Of a DNA stretch of 64,000 nt, positions 25,851 through 40,150 are shown in pieces. The DNA is from Fimbriosthenelais zetlandica (lineage: Eukaryota), in NCBI GenBank assembly GCA_977030845.1, contig OZ365113.1, forward strand, positions 17,298,001-17,362,000. Direction: 5' to 3'. Under the pieces are notes generated by a model that was not told the DNA's origin, made no database searches, and worked only from the letters and a program-made list of their open reading frames with translations. How positions within the stretch are numbered: the stretch's first letter is position 1; each line of letters opens with the position of its first letter. The translations under genes were made by a program, and so were the position numbers.

Positions 25851-28800
25851 GATTTATTTCACCCCCGATGCCATGATATCCAAGAGCAGTCATCAGTAGG
25901 CACTCATAGCCTCTCTCAAGTGGAAACTAACAGTAGTCCTTAAGGCTGATGATCTGACAAACCACAGCTGGCGTTAGCGAGGACCCGCAGATATCAGGAC
26001 AGTCAGGGGCTTTCCTACATTCAATAAACGATCAATCACTGCCTTTAGAGAAAGGATTTTCGCCATGTTATTTCCATACAAAGGCGGAAGGCAGCTAGTG
26101 GAAATATTTCCCTTCTATGGGTAGATTGCCACGCTCGAAAAAGGCTGTAACATTGGTGGTTGGTTGCCATCCAAGCATAGCCAGCCTGGCAAAGGGAAAT
26201 GATTGTATATTCATAATTGATTATGATATATGATGACGAGCATGGGCAGGTTGCCAGAGATAAATATAGCTTATTAAAATGCATCGTGATTGCAGTGTAT
26301 TTTTCCCCCCGAGGAGGGAAAAGGCACACTATGCTTTCGTTCTCTCACTTCCCATCCACATAATGCAATCCCTGAATCGACGACTGATTTTTTAAGCACT
26401 ATGTCTCTTTAGGGTTTTCATACCCATGTCCTTAAAATAATTTGTCTTTTTATGCATAATAAATACATCGATGCTATAAACAATTTCTTGCAGTGGTGGA
26501 AACCTTCGCGTTTCCCCCTAAAACCCGTCCCTATCTTTCCTTTACAACTTCCACTTGCCCCTTATAACTGCTTCTTTTCACCTCCCCTCTATCCCCTACC
26601 CCATACACAATGCTATGACGGGTTTGCTATCAGCTGAATAATACTTGGCATTCACTGGTATGGAGGTAGTTACTGGAGATCCTAGGGATGGCATTATCAG
26701 AAGCCCCAGTCCCTCGGTCCTTTACAAGGAGGCCATTCGCTCAACCTGCGGTAATATCCCGTTAGGCAGAACGACTGACTTCCCCAAACAATCGGCCACA
26801 ATAAGGCAGGGCTTTCCACGACCATCTACCAGAGGATCTAGAGGGTCCGATTTACGGTTAGATCTTATCCTCAGACTTATTATGGCTCTGGGAAAAGGTC
26901 ACCGTCCTGGCAAGATGGGATTTGAGGCTTGGGGCCAGAAAGGATATAGCATGCTGAGCTGACCCTTGTCATTAGTTGCCTGTAACTTTTTTATATTGAG
27001 AATAGCTGCTCTTTTACATCCTTTCACTTTAACCATCTATGTTGTGAGTATATTTATGCGTTCTATCTTTACGGATCATCCTCTAAAACCTTAAGGCTCT
27101 ATTAAGTCTTGTTTCAGCGGCTGAGCATATATATGGTTAGAACCAACCGAGCCAGAAACGAAATAGAGTTGTGAGGCCAGAGCTTATAGTTCATCGCAAA
27201 CGAGATTATGCAATGTATTTATCTCTAACAATTGAGTCAATCTTTGAATAGTTCCTACTTCATCACGGCAGAGACATCCACAATATTGAAGTGGCCTTGA
27301 CTGGCTATGCGGACCCAGCCTTATTATCTTATTGTGAGATCTCCTTGTTCCATTGGCAATTGCCTTGTAGACACAGATGGGTAAACCAGCTCCAAATTCA
27401 ATTGGGATTTTGTTCTGTCATTTTGCACTGCAGTTGCCTGGGGCACTACTCTTTGCATTCCAAGTGGTACAATATGAAGTGCTCAAGTAGAACGTTCGGA
27501 ACAAATGTAGGGACGAGGATGGCGCATTGCATTGATATAAGTGGCGAAGTATCGGGCCAAGATTGATGACAATTGTTTGCAAAGAAGACATTTTCTTTTC
27601 CCCGTCTCTTATCGAGCCCGTCCAATGCCTTAATAGTGTTCATAATCATTTTGCATCAATAATAACTATGACTGTATGAATGGGGATTTTTGGTGAGCAC
27701 TATTTTACCCGTGCCATAGTTTACTGCAGCTACAACAGAAGGCCAAGGAAAAGTGCCAAGAGAACCGCCAATTAGTGCATCTTTACTTATGTTTGTTAAC
27801 CATCAACTTTGGCTCTGGGCAATATACATTCTGCAGCTGCCAGTGTTTTCAAGTAACATAGGGTTTCCACTTATAACATTGTAGCCTTACTCACAGAGGC
27901 AGTTATCTTCCTTCCACCTTCTCTCCCTCGGGACCCTATCCCCTGTCCTCCCACTTCCCCATCTTCTGCCAGGCTTGCAGAATTCTTCTCTCAATTTTGT
28001 GAATTTTCTGATGAAGCACACTTTTCTATCCTGTGTAATAGCTTTGCACCTGGCACTGAGCCCAGAATCATAGGAGGTTTTTATGTGATGGAATGGGGAA
28101 CTGTTTGGGATTGGCATACGCTGTTGACGGAAGTCTGCCAAGGTCTTTCACCTGTCACTGAGGAAACATTTCTTCATTAGCAGGGAGTATAAGAAAAACA
28201 CATTGGTATAAAATTGTGTGAAACAAATATAGACCCATGGCGAATTTTAGTGGGACCCTTTTCTTCAGAAGAAATTGGTGCCACATTATACTATAGATTT
28301 GATCACAATACTTGATATCCAGGGTGGTGATCATGTCACTAACCATTATGACTCATTATATATATGTTCAAGCATGCACATGTACCTTAGCATGTGTTTT
28401 GGGTGTTATTATAGTATGCCCCAATGTCCGGGTGTTATCTGGGAATAATACACCCTGCATGACCTGCGCGGACTGTGCCCAATCAGTAGGCTAGAGTTGG
28501 CGAACATTACGCTGCAATCAGGCAATCCAGCCGTCCCCAGGCAAGCATGATCAACTCACCAGCTATGTCTGAATATGATGTCCTCCTACTGATATAGTGC
28601 TCACTGAAACGCAATACTGAAATAAACGTTATAAAAACCTTAGTCTAAATGTTCTAATCCCACCCTTTTGCATTGAGGGACGTGCGAGCAGGGGAAGCGA
28701 GTTGAGCCTGATTCACAGTATTGTTAGATTAATTGAATCGCTTCCCTCTCTTGCGTAGTGAACATAATATCCCATTTTTAGCCCATACTATATCCGCCTA

Positions 28801-29649
28801 CATGCAATTCATTCATTTAATCAATTTGTAAAGTTAATTAACTGCTGATATGTATAGACTTTTTCTGTTAGACACAAACTACAAAGCTCTTCAGAATGAT
28901 TTGCCCCAGGAACATGAGAAATGAACGTATGCCACATTGAAGCCCGTGTTAAACGCTTTTTCCTTTTCCACTATAATGGTGAGGGCCACGTACTCGATCT
29001 GACTCTCAATAGGAATCTGTTAGGAATATGGCTTTCTGGAGCCCATTTCAAAACAAAAATTATAGCCATATACTTAGCATTGCTAATTTTTCTATTGAAA
29101 TAGGCCCCTTGTTGTCAATTCCAATAATTTATTAAAGCTTTTCTTCGTTATAACTTTCTTTCGAAAATGCATGGGCATGTATGACAATGACTGGAACCAG
29201 TATTGTAACCCTGTTCCATTTATTCCTCCTTTCCATATTATATATATTTTAAGACCATAGACCATGTATATAAGCATGTTTTGGTGCAGCTGCTTTTTAT
29301 TCCCCATCTGTTTTGTGTGACACCTTGCCCTGACCAACATGCACCGTCAGTAAATCTTTGTGAGAATATTGATGTAAAGCATAAGTTAGCAGGATGAGTA
29401 CTGACATTTAGCCGTGCCCTATCTCTCCTGAGGCTACAATGCTGCAACATACTGCCTCACCAACACCTTTCTACCCACCCTAACCCTACTTCCTCTTTTC
29501 ACAGACCGACCTCCCCCATCCCCTTTACCTTCCTCACCACCCCATGAACCTCCTCCTCCCCTATAGCCCTTCAGCTCCCCACTTGCTGAGGATACACACA
29601 CACCTGGCTCCCTACTCCATGAAACAAAATTAGATTCCCAGGTAGACTC

Positions 29650-29741
29650 TGACGTAAATCGCTGCTAATCTATGACGTGTAGGTCACTATCACCACGTCG
29701 TCTTCATCACAGGTCAGCAAAAAAAAAGAGGTCAAAGGTCA
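29650..29741 (+). promoter_or_regulatory. Cluster of four AGGTCA nuclear-receptor half-sites including a perfect DR1, plus two CRE half-sites
   Basis: AGGTCA at 29681, 29711, 29729 and 29736 (AGGTCA-A-AGGTCA at 29729-29741); TGACGT at 29650 and 29673. Confidence 0.5.
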
Positions 29742-32700
29742 TTAGGTGCAGCTGCTTGAGCCTTCTGCTTCACCCCCTAGTCTCATTTCCGGGTGTCTAC
29801 TCTCATCTTTGGAGATAAATTGGAATCAATAAACTTACATGCATGATTAATTGATATGGGTTAGGTAAAATAATTGTCTTAAAGATTCCCATAGTTTCGA
29901 GATGGATCTCTAGGTCTTGTTCCAGTCAAATCTGTCGACGCAAAACCACTTGTAAGATGTATCTGCAAATGATTCACGATGACATGAAACATAGATCTTT
30001 ATGTACATCACGAAACATTTTATACAGGACAGGATTTGGTTGTGATTCCATCCATTTATAAAGCCCTAAGGCTTAGACTATAATATTTATATTGGTAGTT
30101 GGATATATTGAACTGACCTTTCCAAATGAACTCCAGTTGTGATCCAAAGTCTATTTCTAAAGAGCAATGGCCCACACGACCTTTTCAAATCTCACTTTAG
30201 ACGTTAATAATAACATACAATTTTGCACTATGACTGAATGTTTATGAGATTATATGCACAATCACATTCTTAGTTCATTTTTAAATACCACACTCTTCCC
30301 ACTTTACTTCCATAAATCTGCTACAGTCTGTGTTTACATATCATACAGCTGCTCTATTTTAACATTTTTTTCCATTCCTGTTTTTCACTCCCCTTAAAGA
30401 AAATTTAAAAAAACTACTTCTCTTTTTCACATCTTAATGTCTGTGATGCTTTATGGCATCACTCTCTTACAGATAGCTGGAGCTTTTAAAATGAACTAGC
30501 TAGTGCTGTATTCCTATCAGACCATGATGGCTTCAAAGGAAGAGTGTAAAATATACTGCTAATTGCATAAAGCCACTCTGTGCTGGCGACTAGAATGTAG
30601 ACAGTGAAAAACTACACACGTTTGTCATTTGCTTTGTATCTTGACAGTGTTCCCCTTCAAGTGGACAAATTGTAATTGTCAGACTGAGATTCTTATTGGA
30701 AGGCAGATGAAAGCAAAACATTTATGCTTGCATGCAAGGGACCTCGGTGTCTACTAAATTATATTCTAGACAGGGACTGATCTAATTGGTCAGTTTTTCA
30801 ATACCTGCACTGGCTGTCATCTTTTCTAGTGTCTGTTCAATGTCTCAGCCAACATATATATGCAGATATCTGGTGCCGGTATGTCGTATAGAGAGGAAAA
30901 TATGGAATTGGATATTCCCATTCAATGATTGACTTTAATATTCTCATTCCTAATAAATAATGCAATTAATTATTCTGATTTCATGATCAATAACTCGCAA
31001 AATATTGGGAGGCAGATGTGAAAGCAATTATAAATGATTTCTTGATTTTTCCTTCACCACTCTCCGCAAGTTGGATATAGCCTCCAGCAACCATTGGCCT
31101 AGATATTTACAGCATCTATAGTGATCGACTAAGCAAGCATTTTAGTGAATCTGAATGGACCCTTTTGGGTGTGTGTGGTTCTGAAATAACATATTGTCAG
31201 AGGGAAACTGGCCAGCTGAGGCAATGTTGGCTGGAGAGGGGAGGGGAACTTTTTTCGCCTTTGGATCAGACCAGAGTAGAGCAGTATATTGTATCTTAGG
31301 GGTATTCCCGAATGGTTCCCTCGACAATATTGGCGATGTTGTGAGGACAAGCTGGTGAAGTGGTCATTCCATCGCCAGAACTGGCAGGCTGGGTTTTTCC
31401 AATAAACATGCCTGGGGCAATGCGATGGCCGTTTTTGGGGGTAGTGCTTGTCAAACGGGGCCCTGAGCAGACCTCGGAGAGTGAAGGCACTGGGCGTTTG
31501 GCCATCAACACAATGTCTGTTTGCCACACTCTGTATGTGGTAGCCGCAGACATTCACAGAGTTCCATCCACTCACGGTTACTCGACATTGTTGCGAGTGA
31601 GATGGAAATATCTGACCGGCAGCTTTAGTTCTGGGTTTGCAGTAAGGTCATTTGATTCATGCCTTTTTCATTGGGAGTTACTCCTTTAAATTTGAACTGC
31701 CTTAGCTGCTGTCTTCAATATACCTTGGACCCCTCTACTTTTCACCCGAAAATTCCCACTCTATACCCCTCCATCTCCCAATCATGGCTTAGATCACCCA
31801 TTCCATGAACCCATTTTCTAAACTTTTATCTTCTTGAAATCGAAAATCCGTCCCTGGCTGCCTCGTATGTGGTCTATGCATCTCACTTATTTCCTCTGCA
31901 GCATTGTTACGCTTGCATAGGATCATTAATTCACCTCCTTTCCTTCTCCTCTCTTCTTTCTCTGCTCCTCCACCTCATCCAGCACCCATCCCTCCTCTCG
32001 ACCTTCTTCTCATTTACTTTCACTTCCACGCTAGTGAATCCTTCCAGGATTGTGTCTCAGAAGTGCCTGCTGGGCAGGAGCTAGTGTGGAAGAGGATTAG
32101 GGTTTAGCCGTCGGTCTACATTCCTCATAATTAGTAAATGGGAATGACTGTCACTGCTTGGGACGTAAGGGATTTGGCACACAGGGGGCATATTGGATTA
32201 GAGTAATCAATTAAGGGAAGACATATAATGGCCTTATGCCATTGTTCCATCCTCCCCAAGATACAAAAGAGCTTTTGCTTCCCAAGAAGTTATCACAGAC
32301 ACAGTCCATGCAATAAAAGACATTGTACGGCACTCCGTGCACATATTCATATAATATTATGTCATTTTATTGCATGGATGGGATAAATCAACATTTATTG
32401 ATGGCTGACATAGGCTCTACACAAAAACCTTTTGTGCTAAGTCTTTTAGCACACTGCATAAAACAATCATGATCTAATACTGTAAGGAACATATCTCACA
32501 GGTTAGAATAATGAACATCAATTAATCCCTTCTAATTTAAAACCTCTAATCCAAATAATTGATATAGAATGTAATTCTCCACAGATGCATTACCTGTCTT
32601 TATGCGTACATGGGGAAACATTCCTTCTGAAATGAGTCATATGAATTCCTATCAGTTGCATTGAATGAAAACAAAAAAAGAATATAGAAGCCCGAAGATA

Positions 32701-33111
32701 ATGATCATAATTTGTCAATCCTATTGGAAACAATGACGAAAATGTGAAATGTTCAGGGGCAGTCAGAATCCAAAATGGTGCAATATATATCACAACCTGA
32801 GGCACAATAGCGAGGTAGTAATTTATTAGACCCTAGGGGAAGAGTAGCGTATTCAAAGAGGCTTGAAATAGGGGAGGTAGCTCTCCTTTTTAGACTGGAT
32901 GAGCTCGACTAAAGACGGATAGAGACGGATAGGGTAATAGTGACTGGTAACAGTGGTGCACTCACCTATCGTTTCCAGTCTGCTAGGCCTCAGGGCAAGA
33001 TTTGGAACACACGCAGGAGAATTAACTTATTTGTTCACTTAGACTGGAATAACAGTAATATTAGTAATAGATAAATAAATCTATATATTGTATTTTTACA
33101 TCATATTATAA

Positions 33112-33570
<459 letters not shown>

Positions 33571-36500
33571 TAACATAGGCAGAATTCTAAAACTTCCCTT
33601 GAGATTTTGGCCACGTTTCATACTGGCCAGAGCAATTACAATTACATGCAGGAACTGTGACACGGCAAGTGTGACATTCACCAAGTATCCGATTCCTGGT
33701 TCCTACCTCATTATTAAGCTGAGGATAAATCATAGGATAGGAAAGTTATAGTTTTAGACGGCTCACACATTGGAAGAAGGTCTTACAGTTAGTACTGCAT
33801 GGTATCGTGCAGGGAGGTCAATCTATCTAGACATACCAACACCCTCACTGCTCTAGCCATTGTCACCTTGTGATGGGGACACAAAGGCATGGACTTGTTC
33901 ATCTCCGCCACTTTCTTGGACAGAATGTCAGATTTTTCTGTCCTGACGCCATATTGCATCCGGAGAAAAGCGGGCATATTGTCAGACACCTCAGGAAATT
34001 GGAAAATGGTCAAAAGCTAGGTAAAAAAGGTCCATAGCTCATAATATTGCTCCTGCATTTTGGCTGCAATAAGCAACATGATCAGCAAGTGGGGAACTTG
34101 ATGAAAACTTTAAATTAAGCTTTTACTCAAAAGGTGCCAGTACTGGGAATAGGGCCAGGTCTTTTATTTATGTCTGCCTATCATTGCCCTTCAGTCATTT
34201 TGTTTGCCTACCAAACCCCCATCTGAACCGGTCCTATAGGGATTTCTCCTTTCCGCTTTTTCACTTCTTCATGGTGCTCCTCCTCTCCTCTTTCTCTTCA
34301 TCCCCCTCCATAGCCCATCTCCCCTCCTCCACTTCATCCCCGACCATCCTCGTGATTCATTGTTTCCTCCGTCTTGTTAGCAAGCCAATGTCTAGGTCAG
34401 TTCCTGCCCCTTCAACTTACATGCCCATAGATCAGATATCCACATTCCACCATCTCTTTTTGTACCACAATTTAATATTTGTGTTTCCATATTTCTACTT
34501 TCATTCTGTTTGTTTTTCTCAGGGTTTAAGAAAAAAACACTTGCAAATAAAAACCTCGATTCCTAGTATCAAGAGGCAAGGAGAGTATTTTAATGATTGG
34601 GGAGAATAGTGCAATTCTCCTTGGGTCCCTCAGGATCGTGACCTTCAGACCTAAAGCTCTTTCATTGGCCTTCATTCCATACGTTTGCAAGGACCATTTT
34701 CCTAGGGTTCCTACAGCTTCTATATTTAAGCTGTATTGGGCTGACCTTCCTTTCGAGCCGTGTCTCAGATCATGTTCTATGCCAAGCATTCAGGGTTTGC
34801 TGTTCACTGCAAAGCAGTTGCCATGTTTTGGAAATGAGCTGTCAGCCTCGGGCATTGTGCATAGCCCTTCTATTTCTCCTTGACTTGCGCCATGGCTGGT
34901 TGCAACTCCATCCCTGATGTCACAGCAGGCTAGAGCAGTATTCAGTATTCAGGAACCACGGAAAGAGGTGTTTACTATTAGGCAAGACAGAAGAAGTCAA
35001 GACGATACGAAAGACTTCAGCATCCTTAATGTAACTTTGCTCGAGCTTATCCACCTCAATTTGATTTGGATGGCTAATGACCTCTGAGATGTTATCAGAA
35101 CATGTTAGGCCATACAACTGAACACTTGTGTAAGGCTTATATAACATTGTGAGTATGTTAATAATATTTGATGTTGAGCTATATAAATGTGGATAATGGA
35201 TCAGTCTTGACCTCACTATACCAGAGCAAGCCATTTGATATTGTGACGTACTATTCACTGATCTTGGCCTCTTATTTATGTCTATGCTATTTAATCCGAG
35301 AACTAAGTCCTAGTTAGCAGTTACTTTTAAAATGTCACGATATTTCCTTGCTCTATTTCTGTGGTTACAGTTAATCAAATTGAAGCTTTGAAATTAATAT
35401 AAGAAAAAGCCAACAAGGGGAGACGAGTCAAGGCGTTGAAATCTATTGGCAAGGTTTGGGCGAAGGGGATAAATATCGGACTAGCTGTTAAAATTAAGCT
35501 TGTTTGAGCTATTATTGCCTGGCATGGGTCACGTCCCAACGCTGAAAGCTATGAATTAAAATTGTCATTTGCCTTCAGCACCGACCTTGACTTGTCCTTT
35601 TTCATAGGGGAATGTTGCTATTAATGAGGCCCCGAAATAGAATCATCAAGCATGGTCTTAAGGAAGAAATAATCAAGTAATACTTCATTAGAAATTATTA
35701 ACGCTTCAGTTGCAGATTGGAAGATTTGATTGGTCTCAAATTGGTTTCACCATCAAGTAAATTAAAACTCCATTGTTTAATATTGTCGGTGTACAAGCAG
35801 TAAGTAAATTGAGTTTGGTTCAGACAAACTCTAGATCATTACATATAATGGCATTGATGGAGGTGAGGCCAAACAGGCCACATACATATACATCAAACCT
35901 CTACATTAGGGGCCAGAGCAGAGGGAGGAAGGCCTCTTGGGGACCTGTTCAAAAGCTTGGTAAGTAGTATATAAAAAGTGAAGGTGCCACGGGGACTGTA
36001 TGTAAGCGCAAAAAGGACCTGTGCAAAGTGGAATTTTCATCGAAAGCCTCCACATTTTCGGAAGCAGGCCGGGGTAGCCATCATGACCAAGTCCATCACC
36101 TTGATTGGGAGCACATTATAATGGCATGCCTCGAGTACCCCTCACAGAGGTGTACAAACATACCCCGTGTATGTTAGCCCTGGCCGCCCCTCAGCTGGAC
36201 CAGGGTATAGTGGCTTTATTTAGTGGTGACGTAGGGCAGGCCTGCCTTCCCTGGGCTAAAATTTGTAATCCGTTTAGATTGTCAGTGGTAATGGGACGTG
36301 TACCATGCGAAATCCATTACTGTCAGAACAGGATTAGATTACTTAAAAGGTGAGCTGAATTTTTAAGGTTGATAAATTTCTTAAAGCTGAAGCACGAGAG
36401 TGGTGGTGAGGGTAAGTCAAAACCAAACAGTTTTATGGGCAGCAGCTATTTTTAGATCTTAATTTGAGAGCATGAAAAGAGCTGTCTAAACCTGGGATTT

Positions 36501-39500
36501 GATTAGTTCGATAGAACTTGGTAATATATTTTTTAACTTAACACATCATCTAGAGTGGATGTAAGGGACCTTTGTCATAGACACAGAAGCGTAGAGCAGA
36601 GGGTGTGATTTTATATAGAGGTAATTCACCAGGGGGGATACAAGACCATCCTTGAATGCACTGTCTGGTAGGGAGAGATAAGAAGTGTTAGTTTGTAGAC
36701 CTGCCTGAGACAGCCCTAAGGCATTACTGGCGGATTAGAATACTTGAGAACAAATCGAGGAATCACTGTCATTCCCATGGGCTGTAAATGCTGATATATA
36801 CCCCTACATTATTCAGACAGGGATAGCGATATGAGCCAAGACAACTGGTATTCATTCAATTGGACTGAAAAGCACATCAATATTTATATTTCTTGTGGTG
36901 TCCTACTCAGCCGGCTATATGTATTATAATATTACTTTTACATATATGATTTATTGTATATGGAATCTGCACTGTCCTTTTTGTAACATCACGTTTTGCA
37001 ATAAGGAATTTTCTACTTAATAAAAAAGAATTGCATGTTGGACGATTTTTTATAATATTTCACCTTTTTCCAATTTCTTGTTCACATGTTTCATGTTTGT
37101 TCTCTGGCGAGTCATGGTGTCACTATCAGACTTGTATTGTATTTTGAATTGGTGTACATACATATATCCTCATGCCATTGACAGTTTTAATCTTGACTAT
37201 GTATGATATGGATTGCATTGCCGTGATGATTTTAAGAGCCTTGTATTCTTTCTATCACGTTTTAATTTACATTATAAGTTCTGGTTATTCTGCAGTTGCT
37301 ATCACCTAGTGAACAAAGTCATCACACATGCACACATTCATTTATGATTTTCGTGCTGCATTCCACTTATTCATTCATGACACTGGTGTATCTTCTATGG
37401 TATAAGTGGCTGCTGTATAACTGAAACAAACTCAAAAAGAGTCTCGGACTAATGATCAAAAATGAATAATCAGTAAATACCCGAAAACAGCCATTTATAT
37501 GACAGGAAGACTAGAATAGTTGACAGAAAAAAAACTCATATTATTTTGGTTACAAACACCATCCTCACTGAATTCATACGAATGACGTCAAACATTTTAC
37601 TTGTTTTTCTTCAATGTTATGTTCACGTACTAGGCATATATCATTTTACAATATTTCCCTGAGTACCTTATATGTCATTCGTCTTTCTTTTTTCTATAAT
37701 TTCGCTAAACATTCCTTTGACATGACTAGCACAATTTATCAATTCTTTAGTACAAGCAACATCTGACATACCTCATTTCATCTGCTATTGAGTTTAATTC
37801 TGTATTCTTCAAAGACTTGTTTTATGATTGCATTTATGTTCTTTGTTGGCTCATGGTGGCTTACGAGGTGGCAGTTATTTTAGCAAAAGAAGATTATGTG
37901 AATCTTCATCGATGTTTTTATCTTATATTAAAGTTATCGAGGAGAATCGTAAGTTTGTCTGTGATAGAAAATGTTGCTGTGACGCAAGAAAATATCCATC
38001 CGATCTTTGTGGTTGTGCGTTGATGTCTCCCTATTATATATATATGAGGCCCAAGAAGTTTTCTGTTGAGATGTTTCACACCCTTCCCTTACCAATCCCT
38101 GGTATGGTCTGGCATTGTAGGGGCTGGATAGCCCATATATATACACACATGCGTGTTATTATTTAGCATATAAAATCAAGGATATATAATCTCATCCAAG
38201 GGAAGAGTATCTGGCAATGATCATACCAGTTCCTTACCCAAAACCCTGATTCCTACTTAGAAAAGAGCCTTCAGTGTTCCACTGACATCAATTATTCATG
38301 GCAATGTATGATTCAAAACAGGTCTTGTGTTTTGTATTTTTATACACTGAGGCACATGAGAGTATAATGTATATATCTAGTTGATCCTGATTAATTATGA
38401 GTAGCGGCTAATTTATGTGTACGATATTGTCTGCTTTATCGGGAGGGGTCCCCATATATATATATATCTAGCTCCTGCTGTATTCTCGCTCTGTCTCTAT
38501 CCCTCCCGCCCTGGTATGTTGATGTGGTCACTATATGTGTGCACTGACGAGAAGAACCTCTTTCCTGTGACTCAGATACCCTTCTCTATAGCAGGAAATG
38601 GAATTGATGAATGAAGCTTATAAGATAGGCGTGGTGATAGATACCATTTGCTTCATCCCTTGCCATAGCAACCCAACCGCCATTGTGCTCTCACCCAATC
38701 CATTCTCGGCTGGGAACTAACAAAACTCACTGAAATAATCATATTGTAGTCAAACATGAACCATATACTACGGGAATAATATTCCACTTTATCTTCATCG
38801 ATTAAAACTTTGAGAAATTTGCAGTAAAAATCATTGGGTTGAAAGACTGTACATAATTGCATTGATCGTCCTATATTTATCATGTAACTCCTTTGTATTC
38901 TTTTTTGTGGAAATCAAACCGTATATGACTGTTGTTGTGTATACCACTGCAGTAAATGTATAATATTATTATTGTTTTAACACTAATGCAACAGCACACC
39001 TCTCAAATATGTACATGAAAATACACATCCATGTGTACAAATGTTTGCAACTGTTAGATTTCGCATTCAACCCCATCTTAGCATCGAACTATCTTTCCTT
39101 TGAACTTATATTCAAAATAGTTCATGTCCAAGAAATATTCCTAAAAATATCAGATTTATAGTCACTTCTATTGATTTATTCATTTTCACCTCGAATATCA
39201 AACATTATATGAAGATATAGAATATTATGTTGAAAAAATATTTACATCATTTTATTATTTTTCTGTCTGTACTTGCAACTTGTGTCTGTTACTGAATTAA
39301 TCTGTCCTATTCCAGGCTCATCCTTGAACTATCGCACGGTGGGAATTATTTCTATGCCTTCTATTTATAAATGTCTTTTCTTGAATTCATCATTCAAGTT
39401 ATATTTATCAAGAGTTCCTTTCCAGGGTATTTATTCGCATTCCACTGGATCTTTTTTTCCAGACTGTCCATGATTTAGCCATGATTCAACTTCACTTCCT

Positions 39501-39689
39501 AAATTGAAATCACTCTGCAAATGTTTAATCTATAATACTTAATGCAGTATATGGTATGATTATAGTCAGCCATATATACATTCCTGCTGTAACCAAGAGC
39601 CCCACCCATCACACACACCCTTCACAATACATTCCAGACACTGCCTCAGAGTTGGGATTGGGAACTATCCATTACCTGTAGTGACAGGT

Positions 39690-40150
39690 TGCGGTTATCG
39701 GAAATTACCACAGTCAGATGTAGAGCGTCTCAGTGGATGTGTATTGAGCCCCCAATGTCCTCTGCTGTCTTCACGTTCACCATACGCCCCACTTGTATAT
39801 GGGCAGTAGGCATAAATTCTTCTTAAGGGGAATAGGGATCTAGATATGCATTTAGCTTGTAATAACTATATTCTGAACCAGTTAAGACCCTCTCTGAGAG
39901 TTATCCTCGTGTGACGGTATTAGGGAGCATGTCACCATCATCAGTTAGGGTTCTTGTCACTTCCTCAGTACACTTGTGTATCTTTCCACACCACACACCC
40001 CATTTACCTCGTCCTTCATGCACCTTTCCTATCCCTTTCATTACCCTACTCATTCCTCAACAACATACAATCTTCCCTTCCTATTATCCTCTTCCCTTCT
40101 CATGTCTCCAGACTTTCAGCCCTCGGTTCATACCCAAACCCCACCCCACA
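39690..40150 (-). mobile_element. Possible decayed LINE (RTE-like) endonuclease remnant
   Basis: Minus frame YAYCP...GEREDSRGHW...DCGNF loosely resembles AYAP...EKExFW...GDFN with similar spacing; the minus strand is purine-rich. Weak. Confidence 0.25.

Noticed and set aside
31129-31689. GC-richer block with ORFs of 109-148 aa, faintly like a LINE endonuclease start
   Set aside because: No motif could be matched with confidence; probably an old repeat but not assignable.
32948-32979. Short resemblance between upstream intron (cagtggtgcactc...ttccagt) and the S6-coding exon
   Set aside because: Same orientation, so it is not an editing-complementary sequence; short and gapped, likely chance.
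37817-38883. Protein-looking short ORFs (37828-38166 +, 38653-38883 -)
   Set aside because: No family match and no supporting splice signals.
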